Source of the DNA: Planctomycetota bacterium
GTDB lineage: Bacteria; Planctomycetota; JAJSAM01; JAJVHW01
DNA: 64,000 nt
Assembly (NCBI GenBank): GCA_965248445.1
Contig: CBDFJG010000004.1
Span: forward strand, 832,001-896,000
Reading direction: 5' to 3'
Below the pieces are notes generated by a model, which was not told where the DNA came from, searched no databases, and saw nothing but the letters and a program-made list of their open reading frames with translations. How positions within the stretch are numbered: position 1 is the first letter of the stretch; each line of letters begins with the position of its first letter. Position numbers and translations under genes: made by a program. Positions 9,874-19,909 of this stretch are shown piece by piece.

Positions 9874-10335
9874 TCACTCGACCCGCGTGGTGCCGGGCGC
9901 CACGCGTAGCACGAACGTCGCGGGGCCCGCGTTGACGAGCGAGACGTCCATCATGGCGCCGAAGACGCCGGTGCTTGCGGGTACGCCCGCTTCGCGCAAC
10001 AGACGCGCGAACTCGAGGTAGAGCCGCTCGCCCTCCTCGGGTGCTGCGGCGCGCACGAACGACGGCCGGTTGCCCTTCGTGCAGTCCGCCGCCAGGGTGA
10101 ACTGGCTGACCACGAGCGCCGCACCGCCCGCGTCGCGGACGTCGCGATTCATGGGCTTCGCGTCGTCCGGGAAGATGCGCAGCTTCGCGACCTTCTGCGC
10201 CAGCAACTCCGCCTCGTGTTCGCTGTCGTCCCGCTCGACGCCGACGAGGACGAGCAGGCCCGGCCCGATGCGCGCGACCTCGGCGCCGTCCACGCTGACG
10301 GCGGCCTCGGACACCCGCTGCACAACGACCTTCAC
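9874..10335 (-). CDS. dtd: D-aminoacyl-tRNA deacylase
   Basis: [38 protein letters not shown]. Confidence 0.95.
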   Translation of the reverse strand: MKVVVQRVSEAAVSVDGAEVARIGPGLLVLVGVERDDSEHEAELLAQKVAKLRIFPDDAKPMNRDVRDAGGAALVVSQFTLAADCTKGNRPSFVRAAAPEEGERLYLEFARLLREAGVPASTGVFGAMMDVSLVNAGPATFVLRVAPGTTRVE

Positions 10336-10336
10336 G

Positions 10337-11191
10337 TCACGCCGCCTGGTCGTGCTCGAGTTGCGGCCGGAAGAGCAGCATGAGTGCGAGGACGGCCGCC
10401 GCCAGTCCCGCGCCGCCGAGGATCGCCACGATCCCCCGGCTCCCGTCTCCGACGTAGCTGGCGGCGACGCGCGTGCGGCCGGCGGGCAGATCGAGCACGC
10501 CGTAGCCGCCAGCCGTGGCACGCGTCCACGTGGCAGGGTCGCCGTTCACGGTGAGGCGAGCACCCGCCGCCGGCCACGCGAAGCGATACGTGCCGGGTTC
10601 AGCCGCATCTACACTGAGTGACCCGCCCCAGAGGCCGTCGCGGGGATCGAGGATGGACGCAGGCGTCTCCGCGTCGCCCTCTCTGCGCCAGACGATCTCG
10701 GATCCCGGCAGGCGCACCCCGCTACCCCCCACAATCGCCAACTTCGCGACGAACGCAACGTCCGGCAGCCGCGCACCGTCGGCGTCCACCCACTGCACCA
10801 GTGCGACCCCCTCGCGCGCGAGGCTCGCGATCGTGTCCGCGGTGAGTAGGCGGTCTTCCGAGAATTCCGCGGCGGCCCGGTCGCCGAGGGCCGCGAGACG
10901 CGCTGACAACACACGCTCCCCAGGCGGAGTGGCGGGGAACAGCTCCCAACCGGCTCCCGATCTAGCGCTCTCGTGCACGGACCCGTCGGTGCGATCGCCC
11001 CGATCCTCGAGAAGGAGCACGCGCTGGCCGAACGCAGCCTCGGCGGCCCGGGCATGGGCCGCCGCGAGCTTGGGCTTCGTGCTGCGTAGCGCCTCGTAGC
11101 CCTCGGGCGCAGCGAGCGCGGCCCAGGCGAGCGCAACGACCGAGACGACGGCCAGTGTCCCGGCGAACCACGCCTTCTGCGCACGCGTCAC
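10337..11191 (-). CDS. membrane-anchored hypothetical protein (C-terminus resembles the YfhO-type beta domain + TM)
   Basis: N- and C-terminal TM helices; ARLTVNG...[14 protein letters not shown]-coupled to the upstream gene. Confidence 0.6.
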   Translation of the reverse strand: MTRAQKAWFAGTLAVVSVVALAWAALAAPEGYEALRSTKPKLAAAHARAAEAAFGQRVLLLEDRGDRTDGSVHESARSGAGWELFPATPPGERVLSARLAALGDRAAAEFSEDRLLTADTIASLAREGVALVQWVDADGARLPDVAFVAKLAIVGGSGVRLPGSEIVWRREGDAETPASILDPRDGLWGGSLSVDAAEPGTYRFAWPAAGARLTVNGDPATWTRATAGGYGVLDLPAGRTRVAASYVGDGSRGIVAILGGAGLAAAVLALMLLFRPQLEHDQAA

Positions 11192-12246
11192 GCCGCGCCG
11201 CCCGGCAGGACCGGGACCTTCCCGCGGATCTCGCGGGCGCACATGCGTTCGAGAGCGTTCGCGACGCCGTCAACTCCCACCGGATCTTCGAGGAGCGGTT
11301 CGAGGTCCACCCGGCCGTTCGCGATCGCGTCGAGCGCACGCGCTACGTAGTGCGGCGTGTGATGGAACGAGGAGAGGAGGTCGATCTCGTCGTAGTGCAG
11401 CCGAGCCGGCGCGACGGGCACACGCACGTCCGCCGCGCAGCCGCCGAACAGCAGGACGCGACCGCCCTTTCTGCACAGCGACGGCGCGGCCTCGGTGGTC
11501 TCCGCCGCGCCCGCCGCCTCGATCACGAGGTCGAACCCGTCGCCGTCGGCCGACGACGCGAGCAGCGCGTCCCGCGCGGCGACCGGGCCGGTCCCGACCA
11601 CGACGAGTCCGGCGCCCATCGCACGCCCGGTGGTCGCCGCGTCATCGCTGCGCGCGAGCATCGCCGCAGGCGCGCCCTCCGCGGCGAGCAGCGAAGCGAA
11701 CACGCAGGCGATCGGGCCGGATCCGAGGATCAGCACCGACTCCCCCGACAGGACGGTCGCAACGTCCATGCCCTTCAAGACGCAGGCGACGGGCTCGGTC
11801 GCCGCCGCATGCAGCGGAGCGAGGTGCCCGGGACGCGCGTGCAGGTTCCGCTCCACCACTCGGGACGGCAGGAGCAACCACTCGGCAAACGCGCCGTTGA
11901 CGAAGAGGAGGTCGTCGCAGAGCGCCTCGCGGTCCTCCTTGCAGTACCTGCACTCGCCGCAGGGGGCGCTGTTGCCGCCGACGACCGCGTCACCCTCGCT
12001 CACGGTCGTCACACCTGCGCCCACCACCGCCACCGTGCCCGCGTACTCGTGTCCGATGGGACACGGTGGCGCGAGCATCCGTGCGTGATAGCCCCGGCGA
12101 TACACCTTGGCGTCGGTGCCGCCCGTGAGAGCCGCGTCGACTCGCAGGACGACTTCGCCCCGCCCCGGCTCCGGCACCGGCCGGTCCTCGACAACGACGT
12201 CGCGCGCCCCACGCAGGATCGCCACCCGCATCATGCGTGCACTCAC
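11188..12246 (-). CDS. Zn-dependent (MDR) alcohol/polyol dehydrogenase
   Basis: GHEYAG, CGECRYC...C, EPVAC, GSGPIA. Confidence 0.9.
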   Translation of the reverse strand: MSARMMRVAILRGARDVVVEDRPVPEPGRGEVVLRVDAALTGGTDAKVYRRGYHARMLAPPCPIGHEYAGTVAVVGAGVTTVSEGDAVVGGNSAPCGECRYCKEDREALCDDLLFVNGAFAEWLLLPSRVVERNLHARPGHLAPLHAAATEPVACVLKGMDVATVLSGESVLILGSGPIACVFASLLAAEGAPAAMLARSDDAATTGRAMGAGLVVVGTGPVAARDALLASSADGDGFDLVIEAAGAAETTEAAPSLCRKGGRVLLFGGCAADVRVPVAPARLHYDEIDLLSSFHHTPHYVARALDAIANGRVDLEPLLEDPVGVDGVANALERMCAREIRGKVPVLPGGAA

Positions 12247-13301
12247 GACTCGCCGAGTCCCGTCGTGACGACCACCTTGACGGATCCGCCGCGTGGCGCC
12301 CTCGCGAGCGCGAACGCCTGCGTCGCGTCATCCAAGTCGAACCGGTGCGTGACGAGATCGGCCACGCGCAGTCTCCCGGAGAACACGAGATCCGCGACTT
12401 CGTCGTTCAGCGTGACGTCGGCGGAGTACGCGCCGACAAGTGACTTCTCGAGACGGCAGACCGCCCCGGCATCCACAGCCACGGGGTCGCCCGTGCGCGT
12501 GTGCGCGAACAGGACGACCCGGCCGCCCGGCCGCAGCGCATCGAACGCCGCATCAAGAGGCGACTGACCCGGCACCGCCACGATGGCCACATCGCCACCG
12601 GCCGGCGCGAGCTCCTTCACCGTTGCCGCCACGTCGTCGGACGACGGATCGACGACGCGCAGGGCGCCGCTCTCGGTCGCGCGTTCCCGCCGGTCGGAGC
12701 GAGGTTCGCTGACGACCACACGAGCGCCTGCGAGGACCAGCAGGCGCGTGAGGATCAGCCCGATCGCGCCCGCGCCCACGACGAGCGCAACGTCGCCCTC
12801 CCGCACGTCCGCGACACGCACGCACTTCAAGCACGTGTTGACCGGCTCGAGGAACGAAGCCGCCTCGAGGGACACGCCGTCCGGCACCGGCGTGACCCCG
12901 CCGCCGTCGACGATCCACGGCAGGACGCGGACGTACTCCGCGAACCCCCCACCGGACGGCTCGAAGCCGGCCGTCGCGCCCGTCCGCTTGTAGCCCTCGC
13001 ACTGCGCGAACAGGCGCCGCTCGCACAGGGCGCAGGCGCGGCAGGGGACGTGGTGGTAGACCTGCACGCGATCACCGACTGCGAACGAGCCGGCGCCTTG
13101 GCCGACCGTCGACACGACGCCCGCCATCTCGTGTCCGAACACGCGGGGCGGCGGGACCAGTCCGTGGTCGATCTTCTTGAGATCGGTCCAGCACACGCCG
13201 CACGCACCGATGCGCACGAGGAGTTCTCCGGGTCCGCACGACGGCACCGGCACGTCTTCGACACGCACGTCGCCGACGCCGCGGTAGACCACGGCCCGCA
13301 T
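12243..13301 (-). CDS. Zn-dependent (MDR) alcohol/polyol dehydrogenase
   Basis: MRAVVYRG, CGVCWTD, GHEMAG, CRACALC...C, GAGAIG. Confidence 0.9.
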   Translation of the reverse strand: MRAVVYRGVGDVRVEDVPVPSCGPGELLVRIGACGVCWTDLKKIDHGLVPPPRVFGHEMAGVVSTVGQGAGSFAVGDRVQVYHHVPCRACALCERRLFAQCEGYKRTGATAGFEPSGGGFAEYVRVLPWIVDGGGVTPVPDGVSLEAASFLEPVNTCLKCVRVADVREGDVALVVGAGAIGLILTRLLVLAGARVVVSEPRSDRRERATESGALRVVDPSSDDVAATVKELAPAGGDVAIVAVPGQSPLDAAFDALRPGGRVVLFAHTRTGDPVAVDAGAVCRLEKSLVGAYSADVTLNDEVADLVFSGRLRVADLVTHRFDLDDATQAFALARAPRGGSVKVVVTTGLGES

Positions 13302-13921
13302 CAGTTCACTCCGCCGAACATCTCGATCGCCCGCCACGTGAGATTCTGCGAGATCTCGAAGAGGCCGAAGTTGGACGCCAGGATCAGCGCTGCGAGGAGG
13401 GGCCAGGGCTGGTTGCGGCGCATCATCTGTCCGAACTCCCCGAGCCCGATCAGGCGGTCGGCCACCGTGAAGCCATCGAGCGGCGGCGCCGGGATCATGT
13501 TGAACAGGAAGAGGACCACGTTGAGGAGGACGACCAGGTACCAGAACCGCACGAGGAGGTCGGGAACTCCCGAGTTCTGCGAGACCGCGTACAGGACGGC
13601 GCCGAGGAGCACCAGACCCACGTTCACCGCGGGTCCGGCGAACGAGACGAGCGCATCGCCGTACCGCCGGTCGCGGAAGTTCCGCGGCTGCACGCGCGTG
13701 GCGCCGTAGCCGATCCCGATGACCGCGATCAACCCGAGACCCCACCACGGCATGAACCGCAGCGGGTTGAAACTGAGCTGCCCGAACATCTTGGGAGTCG
13801 GATCGCCCTGCCACGTGGCGCACAGGGCATGACCGAGCTCGTGGAGGACGATGCTGCCTACGACCACCGCGACGATGGCGAAGTAGGCCACGGGGTCGGC
13901 GAAGGCGAGGTCGATCAGCAC
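13301..13921 (-). CDS. site-2 protease family (M50) protein
   Basis: LHELGH, AGPAVN, FNMIPAPPLDG. Confidence 0.92.
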   Translation of the reverse strand: MLIDLAFADPVAYFAIVAVVVGSIVLHELGHALCATWQGDPTPKMFGQLSFNPLRFMPWWGLGLIAVIGIGYGATRVQPRNFRDRRYGDALVSFAGPAVNVGLVLLGAVLYAVSQNSGVPDLLVRFWYLVVLLNVVLFLFNMIPAPPLDGFTVADRLIGLGEFGQMMRRNQPWPLLAALILASNFGLFEISQNLTWRAIEMFGGVN

Positions 13922-14060
13922 GCCGCCATCGGACGCCCCCCGCTGACGGACGTCAAGAACGCCCCCGCGGCCGGGTTTCTGAGGCCCTCACCACGGCCGA
14001 CGTAGACTGCCCCGCTTGGCCCCGGCCGGCTGACCGGGCGCCCCCCCGGAGGACTCCCCC

Positions 14061-15557
14061 GTGATCGATATTCGCTTCGCCACGAAGACTGCGTCCGCCC
14101 TGCGCGGAGCCGAGATTGTCGCGGTCGTCGCGCCGAAGGCGGCGCTCGACAAGGGCTGGCACCGCTCGGCACTCGGCACGTCTTGGGCTCGCTCGCTGAA
14201 CCCGGTGATCGAGGACATCAAGCCCGGCGACAACGGCGCCTCCGGCGGCACCTACGGGGGCAAGAACGCTCCGCGCCGACTTGTCGCCTGCGTACTCCCG
14301 GACAAAGTCTCGCGGCACAACGCGCCCTCCCGCTCGGAGGCGATGGTGTCCACACTGCCCTCGGCCGGACTGGCCGGGAAGAAGGCCGTCGCGGTCGTGT
14401 ACGTCGAGTCCGCGGACCACGTGCTGGCCGCCACCATCGCCGTGTTCCGTGCGTTCCCCGTCTACACCCGCAAGAGCAGCGATTCGAAGAAGCGCAGCAA
14501 GAAGACGCCTGGGACGCTCACGCTGGTGTTCGCGTTGCCCAACGGCAAGTCCATCGCCGCCGGGAAGACAGCCAAGTCCGCCGGGCACGCCGTCCAGCTC
14601 GCCGCGCGCCTGGTCGACACCCCGCCGGACGACATGACGACCGCGCACTTCGAGAAGGAGGTGCGCAAGGCGTTCCGCGGAACGCGAGGCGTCAAGGTCT
14701 CGAGCATCGTGGGCAACGCGCTCAAGCAGAAGCGCATGGGCGGCATCTGGGGAGTCGGCCGCGCAGCCGTCGTCCCGCCGCGCCTCGTGATCATGGACTA
14801 CAACCCGCGCAAGCGCGGCGGCAAGACCGTCTGCCTCGTGGGCAAGGGGATCGTCTACGACACCGGCGGACTCAACATCAAGGTCGGCGCCGGAATGTCG
14901 GGCATGAAGATGGACATGGGCGGCGCCGCCGCCGTGTTCGGGGCATTCCAGACGCTTGTCGAGTGCGGCGTGAAGCACCGCGTCATCGCCCTCTGCTGCA
15001 TGGCCGAAAACGCCGTGGACCAGAAGGCGCACCGCCCCGACGACATCCTGAACATGCACTCCGGCAAGACGGTCGAGATCAACAACACGGATGCCGAAGG
15101 CCGCCTGGTCCTGGCCGACGGCGTGTCCTACGCCGCGCGCGATCTGAAGGCCGACCTGGTCATCGACACCGCCACTCTGACGGGTGCTCAGCTCATCGCG
15201 ACGGGCCGCATCATCTCGGCCTCGATCTCGAATCGCGAGGGTCTCGAGCAGCTGGCCGTCGAGTGCGGACGCGCAACCGGAGACCTCACGCACCCGCTGC
15301 CGTTCGCGCCGGAGTTCTTCCACAAGGAGTTCAAGAGCAAGGTCGCCGACATGAAGAACTCGGTGGCCGACCGTATGAACGGCCAGACCTCCGCCGCAGG
15401 CCAGTTCGTCTACAACCACATCGAGGAACTCGACGTCCCGTGGCTGCACATCGACATCGCCGGCCCCGCATTCCGCGGCGGGCGCGGCTCGGGTCACGGT
15501 GCGGCGCTGATCGCGGAGATCGTCAGGAACTTCACTACCGCCGATCTGAAGTCGTAG
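14061..15557 (+). CDS. M17 leucyl aminopeptidase family, NPEPL1-like
   Basis: GKGIVYDTGG, MKMDMGG, NNTDAEGRL, VSRHN, ADMKNSVADR. Confidence 0.92.
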   Translation: MIDIRFATKTASALRGAEIVAVVAPKAALDKGWHRSALGTSWARSLNPVIEDIKPGDNGASGGTYGGKNAPRRLVACVLPDKVSRHNAPSRSEAMVSTLPSAGLAGKKAVAVVYVESADHVLAATIAVFRAFPVYTRKSSDSKKRSKKTPGTLTLVFALPNGKSIAAGKTAKSAGHAVQLAARLVDTPPDDMTTAHFEKEVRKAFRGTRGVKVSSIVGNALKQKRMGGIWGVGRAAVVPPRLVIMDYNPRKRGGKTVCLVGKGIVYDTGGLNIKVGAGMSGMKMDMGGAAAVFGAFQTLVECGVKHRVIALCCMAENAVDQKAHRPDDILNMHSGKTVEINNTDAEGRLVLADGVSYAARDLKADLVIDTATLTGAQLIATGRIISASISNREGLEQLAVECGRATGDLTHPLPFAPEFFHKEFKSKVADMKNSVADRMNGQTSAAGQFVYNHIEELDVPWLHIDIAGPAFRGGRGSGHGAALIAEIVRNFTTADLKS

Positions 15558-15579
15558 AGCTCCGTTAGCAACCGATGAG

Positions 15580-16950
15580 ATGAACCCGCTGCTCGTCCTG
15601 AACGTCGTCGGGCTCACGCCGGAGCTGCTTCCGCATGCCCCACGGCTCTCGAAGCTCGCCCGGGACGGCTTCTCGACCCCGCTCCAGCCGGTGCTGCCGG
15701 CCGTCACGTGCTCCGCCCAGTCGACGATTCTGACGGGTGCGGCTCCGAGCGAGCACGGCGTCGTAGCAAACGGCTGGTACGACCGCGAGCGGGCCGAGGT
15801 CGCGTTCTGGAAACAGGCGAACGGTCTCGTGTCGGGCGAGATGGTGTGGGACGCGGCGCGGGCGCGGGACCCGCGTGCGACGAGCGCGAACCTCTTCTGG
15901 TGGTTCAACATGTACGGCTCGGCGACCTACTCGGTGACGCCGCGCCCCGCGTATCCCGCCGACGGGCGGAAGATCCCGGACTGTTACGCGCATCCCGCCG
16001 AGCTGCGCGACCGGCTGCAGGCCGAGATCGGCACGTTTCCGCTGTTCCGCTTCTGGGGGCCGAAGGCGGACATCAAGTCGACGCGCTGGATCGTGGAGTC
16101 AGCACTGCGCGTGCTCGCGTGGCACCGCCCCACGATGACGTTCGTCTACCTGCCCCACCTCGACTACGCGCTGCAGAAACTGGGTCCGGGACACGCGAGC
16201 ATACCGAAGGAAGTGAAGCGAGTGGACGCCGAGGCCGGACGCCTCATCGATGCGTTCCGCGGCGAGGGCTACGGCGTCGTGGCGCTGTCGGAGTACGGGA
16301 TCACGCCGGTGGTCGGCGCGGTCTTCCCGAACCGCCTGCTCCGCGAGGCCGGACTCGTCTCCTTCCGGAGGGACGCCACCGGCGAGCTTCTCGATGCGGG
16401 CGCCTCACGCGCATTTGCGGTCTGCGATCACCAGGTCGCCCACGTCTACTGCGAGAGCACCGCGGACGCAGGCTCCGCGGCAGCTGCACTGAACGACCAG
16501 GCCGGCATCGCCCGCGTTCTGCGCGGAGAAGAGATCGCCGCCGCAGGTCTGGCGCACGCGCGCGCCGGTGAACTGGTGATCGTGTCCGACCACGACCGCT
16601 GGTTCGCCCACGACTGGTGGCAGAGCGAGCAGGACGCGCCGGACTACCAGCGGACGGTCGACATCCACCGCAAGCCGGGTTACGACCCGCGCGAGCTGTT
16701 CTTCGACAAGTCGAAGTTCCTCCTGCCGGTGCAGATCGCCTGGAAGATCTTCATGCGCAAGCTGGGCGCGCGGAACCTGCTCGACTTCATCCCTCTCGAC
16801 ACATCGCTCGTGAAGGGCTCCCACGGCGCACTCCCGCGCACGCCCAACCAGGGTCCGGTGCTGATCAGCGACACACCGCAAGGCGCCGTCGACACGATGG
16901 CACATGCCGACGTGAAAGCGTTCCTGCTCGGTCGCGTGTTCGGCGCGTAG
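15580..16950 (+). CDS. alkaline phosphatase/nucleotide pyrophosphatase family protein (EboF-like)
   Basis: LNVVGLT, PAVTCSAQST, YLPHLDY, DHQVAH, VDIHRKPGYDP, KGSHG. Confidence 0.88.
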   Translation: MNPLLVLNVVGLTPELLPHAPRLSKLARDGFSTPLQPVLPAVTCSAQSTILTGAAPSEHGVVANGWYDRERAEVAFWKQANGLVSGEMVWDAARARDPRATSANLFWWFNMYGSATYSVTPRPAYPADGRKIPDCYAHPAELRDRLQAEIGTFPLFRFWGPKADIKSTRWIVESALRVLAWHRPTMTFVYLPHLDYALQKLGPGHASIPKEVKRVDAEAGRLIDAFRGEGYGVVALSEYGITPVVGAVFPNRLLREAGLVSFRRDATGELLDAGASRAFAVCDHQVAHVYCESTADAGSAAAALNDQAGIARVLRGEEIAAAGLAHARAGELVIVSDHDRWFAHDWWQSEQDAPDYQRTVDIHRKPGYDPRELFFDKSKFLLPVQIAWKIFMRKLGARNLLDFIPLDTSLVKGSHGALPRTPNQGPVLISDTPQGAVDTMAHADVKAFLLGRVFGA

Positions 16951-17037
16951 TCGCCGGATCGCCCTTCGGGGTGGCGACCCATCTCGCCGTGTGGACGGGT
17001 CCGGGCGGACCGGGAGACCCGCCACGCGCGTGACGAT

Positions 17038-17064
17038 GCGGGCGGGGCAGCGCCCCGCCCCTAC
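17038..17064 (-). repeat. GTAG-family REP
   Basis: Reverse complement is GTAGGGGCGGGGCGCTGCCCCGCCCGC; nearly identical to the REP at 20123-20151. Confidence 0.75.
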
Positions 17065-17080
17065 AGCGGGGTTGGTCTCG

Positions 17081-17215
17081 TTGCGTGAATCGCGAGGGCG
17101 GGCCGGTTGCAGAGCAAGCGGCGCGACCGCAGCCGTCCGTAGCGGTCGGAGACCGCGTAGGAGGGAGACAAAGAGACTGCGTGGCGGCGCGAGGATCGCT
17201 CCGCGATCCGAGTGA
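17081..17215 (+). repeat. long palindromic intergenic repeat, copy B
   Basis: TTGCGTGAATCGCGAGGGCGGGCCGGTTGC...CCGTAGCGGTCGGAGACCGCGTAGGAGGGAGAC...GGATCGCTCCGCGATCC. Confidence 0.8.
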
Positions 17216-17217
17216 CG

Positions 17218-17622
17218 CTACGCAGTCGTCGTCGCCGGTTCCGGCAGGGGCCGGCGCGACGCGGCGCTCTCGCTCATCGCGTGGAAGTGGTTCACGCTGT
17301 CCTCGCCGAGACGCCAGCAGAGGTACACGTGCTCTCCGTCCAGCTCCGCGGGGAAGTCGGCCACGCCCTCGCACGGATCGTCGAGCCGCACGAAGAGAGC
17401 GTCGAGCTCCCCTTCGCACTCTTCGCGCTCGCGGGCGACCTGCGCCACGGTGCGCCGCGCGTCGTCGATCTTCAGGCGATCCGGCGAATCGGATTCACGC
17501 AACCGGCGATACGCGGCGCCCAGCGTGGCGAGCCGCTCCTCCAGCTTCGCGATGTCGGCGACGATGGCGCGTACCAGAGGTAGCGCCGCGTTGGCGAGCT
17601 CGGGTGTGTAGAGGCGCTTCAT
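17218..17622 (-). CDS. DUF2203 family protein
   Basis: RLYTPELANAALPLV, GVADFP, VYLCWRLGE...H. Confidence 0.85.
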   Translation of the reverse strand: MKRLYTPELANAALPLVRAIVADIAKLEERLATLGAAYRRLRESDSPDRLKIDDARRTVAQVAREREECEGELDALFVRLDDPCEGVADFPAELDGEHVYLCWRLGEDSVNHFHAMSESAASRRPLPEPATTTA

Positions 17623-17714
17623 TGCAAAGGGAGCGTAAGCCGTGAGCGGGCGCTGGCAACCCCATTTCGTCGCATCCTGCCGAATCGTTCGGCATGCCTG
17701 ACACTTCCGGGACC

Positions 17715-18350
17715 ATGACAGGCGTGACGCTGCGCGTGCTGCTGACGGGGTTCGAACCGTTCGGTCCGCACGCCGTGAATCCGTCCCGGGAACTGCTCGG
17801 ACCGTTGCGCGCGGATCCGCCCGACGGGACCGACATCGTGACTCGAGTCCTACCCGTGAGTTACCGCGATGCGTTCGAGCCCGTCCGGCGGGCGCTCGCC
17901 GTCGAGAGATTCGACGTCGTCGCACTCATGGGGCTCGCTGCGGACGCGGGCGGCATCCGGTTCGAGCGCGTCGCGCGAAACCGGCGAGCGGGAACGCTCC
18001 CGGACAACGACGGCGTCGTGATCGACGGTGCGCCCATCGATCCGGCCGGTCCCGAAGCGTGCATCGCCACGGCCGACGTGGACGGAATGGCCGCGGCGTG
18101 TGCCGACGTCGGCGTCCCTGCAATCGTGTCGACCGACGCAGGCCGGTTCCTCTGCAACCAGATCCTCTACCAGACCCTGCTCCACGGAGTCCGATTTGGC
18201 ATGCCGGCGCGGACGACGTTCATCCACCTGCCCCAGGCCGACGAGCACGCGGAGGCCGGCCAGCCATCGCTGCCGTTCGAGGCCCTCCTGCGCGGCGTGA
18301 GAGCAGCTCTCTCACGGCTGGCGGCCTCTCCCGGTAGGGGCGGCTTGTGA
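17715..18350 (+). CDS. pcp: pyroglutamyl-peptidase I
   Basis: LLTGFEPFG..VNPS, ERVARN, DAGRFLCN, FIHLP. Confidence 0.92.
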   Translation: MTGVTLRVLLTGFEPFGPHAVNPSRELLGPLRADPPDGTDIVTRVLPVSYRDAFEPVRRALAVERFDVVALMGLAADAGGIRFERVARNRRAGTLPDNDGVVIDGAPIDPAGPEACIATADVDGMAAACADVGVPAIVSTDAGRFLCNQILYQTLLHGVRFGMPARTTFIHLPQADEHAEAGQPSLPFEALLRGVRAALSRLAASPGRGGL

Positions 18351-18433
18351 GTCCGGGGACGCTGTATGCTGCGCACGGCGTCAACGACCGGTGCACGATC
18401 GGCGGCTCTCATGCGTCTAGTAGACAGAGGACG

Positions 18434-18479
18434 AGTCCGTACCGGCGATCCAGTCCGCACGGGTGATCCAGTCCGCATC
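18434..18479 (+). repeat. 18-bp tandem repeat (about 2.6 copies) just upstream of an RBS
   Basis: AGTCCGTACCGGCGATCC AGTCCGCACGGGTGATCC AGTCCGCATC. Confidence 0.6.
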
Positions 18480-18498
18480 GACGAATATGGGGAGAAGC

Positions 18499-19233
18499 AT
18501 GCCGAGGCCAATCATCACGATCGCAGCCACGCTGGCTCTGGGCGCCGCGCTCGCCGCACCCGGTAGCGAGCCCGCACACGGCGGCGAGAAGCTTATGGAC
18601 TACGAGCTCGTCCAGCGGGTGATCCCGGAGCTGCGCGAGCTGAACAAACACGGCAGCGAGAACATCGCGAAGCTCCACGCACTCTTCGATGAGCTCGACG
18701 GCGAGGCGGCGATCACGACACCGGAGCGCAAGAAGCTGGGCGAGGCCGCCAAGGTGACCCTCGAAGACCATCTGGCAACGAAGAAGGAAGTCGTGGCAAA
18801 GCTGCGCACCGCCGTCGACCTGCCGGCCACGGGGCGCGCCGACAAGGAGGTCATGGCGAAGCTCCACGGCACGACGCTCCACGGCATCCGCTGGAACGAC
18901 GCGACGTTCCGGAAGTGCGTCAACGACCTCGCCGGGGCGCTCGGCCTGCGGATCCGGATGGCCTACCACGTCGTTCAGATGAACCGCGTCTCGCTGGACT
19001 TCAACGAGGCGAACGCGGCGACGGTGCTCACGTCGCTCTGCAACTTCTTCCATCTGCGCTACACCGTCGTGGACGGCGAGATCATGCTGTTCAAGAAGCT
19101 CACGCCGAACGAGGAGCGTTATCTCGACTACCAGAAGAAACACCCGGAGGCGAAACTCCGCTACTGGGACCGGGAGACTGCTGGCGGCGAGTACGACAAG
19201 GAGAAGAAGAAGAAGAGAAGGAGGGACCGCTGA
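18499..19233 (+). CDS. secreted protein with STN-like domain and basic tail
   Basis: Signal peptide; IRWNDATFRKCVNDLA...VSLDFNEANAATVLTSL...LRYTVVDGEI; KKKKRRRDR tail. Confidence 0.7.
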   Translation: MPRPIITIAATLALGAALAAPGSEPAHGGEKLMDYELVQRVIPELRELNKHGSENIAKLHALFDELDGEAAITTPERKKLGEAAKVTLEDHLATKKEVVAKLRTAVDLPATGRADKEVMAKLHGTTLHGIRWNDATFRKCVNDLAGALGLRIRMAYHVVQMNRVSLDFNEANAATVLTSLCNFFHLRYTVVDGEIMLFKKLTPNEERYLDYQKKHPEAKLRYWDRETAGGEYDKEKKKKRRRDR

Positions 19234-19901
19234 TGCGCGCGCGTGATCTCCTACTGGCCGTCGCCGCTCTCGGGATCGGCTTCGTCGTCGCGTCCACTGC
19301 GGACACTCCGCCGGCCCACGGGCAGGACGCGGCCGCGACGATCGACGACATGGACCTCGACTTCCTCCGCGAGAAGATGCTGAAGATCTGGATCATCGAA
19401 GAGGCCAGCGACCGCCACAACCGGCGACGCATCGCCGAGAAGTCTTTCAACGGCATGACCCCGTACGAGCCCACCGGCGACGCCGCGCTCGACGCGGAGA
19501 ACAAGGCGCAGTACCTCAAGAACGACAAGCACCTGCGTCACTACCTGATGCTCGAGCTGGACAATGCGATCGAGGTCATCGACATCTGCCAGCGCGTCCT
19601 CGGGCGGCACGTGAGACCCCCGCGCTCGTCGCAGGGCAACATGCGCAAGCTCCTCGAGAAGCAACTGCCCGCACTGAACTGGAGCGACATGCCGCTCGCC
19701 GAGGCGCTGCATGAGCTCGGCAACGCAGTCGACACGCCGGTCACGTTCAGCGGTCTCGCGCCGAACGAGGACGCGCGCATCGACATCGAGTTCCCCGAGG
19801 GCTTCATGCTCCAGCAGGCCATCGAGTTCATCCAGGGCATCCACCCGCTCGCCTACCGGCTCGAGGACGGAGTCCTGCACTTCGAATACGGCGGGGACTG
19901 A
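19233..19901 (+). CDS. secreted protein with C-terminal STN-like domain
   Basis: TGATG coupling; signal peptide; LNWSDMPLAEALHEL...LAYRLEDGVLHF. Confidence 0.7.
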   Translation: MRARDLLLAVAALGIGFVVASTADTPPAHGQDAAATIDDMDLDFLREKMLKIWIIEEASDRHNRRRIAEKSFNGMTPYEPTGDAALDAENKAQYLKNDKHLRHYLMLELDNAIEVIDICQRVLGRHVRPPRSSQGNMRKLLEKQLPALNWSDMPLAEALHELGNAVDTPVTFSGLAPNEDARIDIEFPEGFMLQQAIEFIQGIHPLAYRLEDGVLHFEYGGD

Positions 19902-19909
19902 CCTTGCGA

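Noticed and set aside
18434..18479. Possible mini-CRISPR
   Set aside because: The repeats are directly tandem with no spacers, and there are no cas genes.
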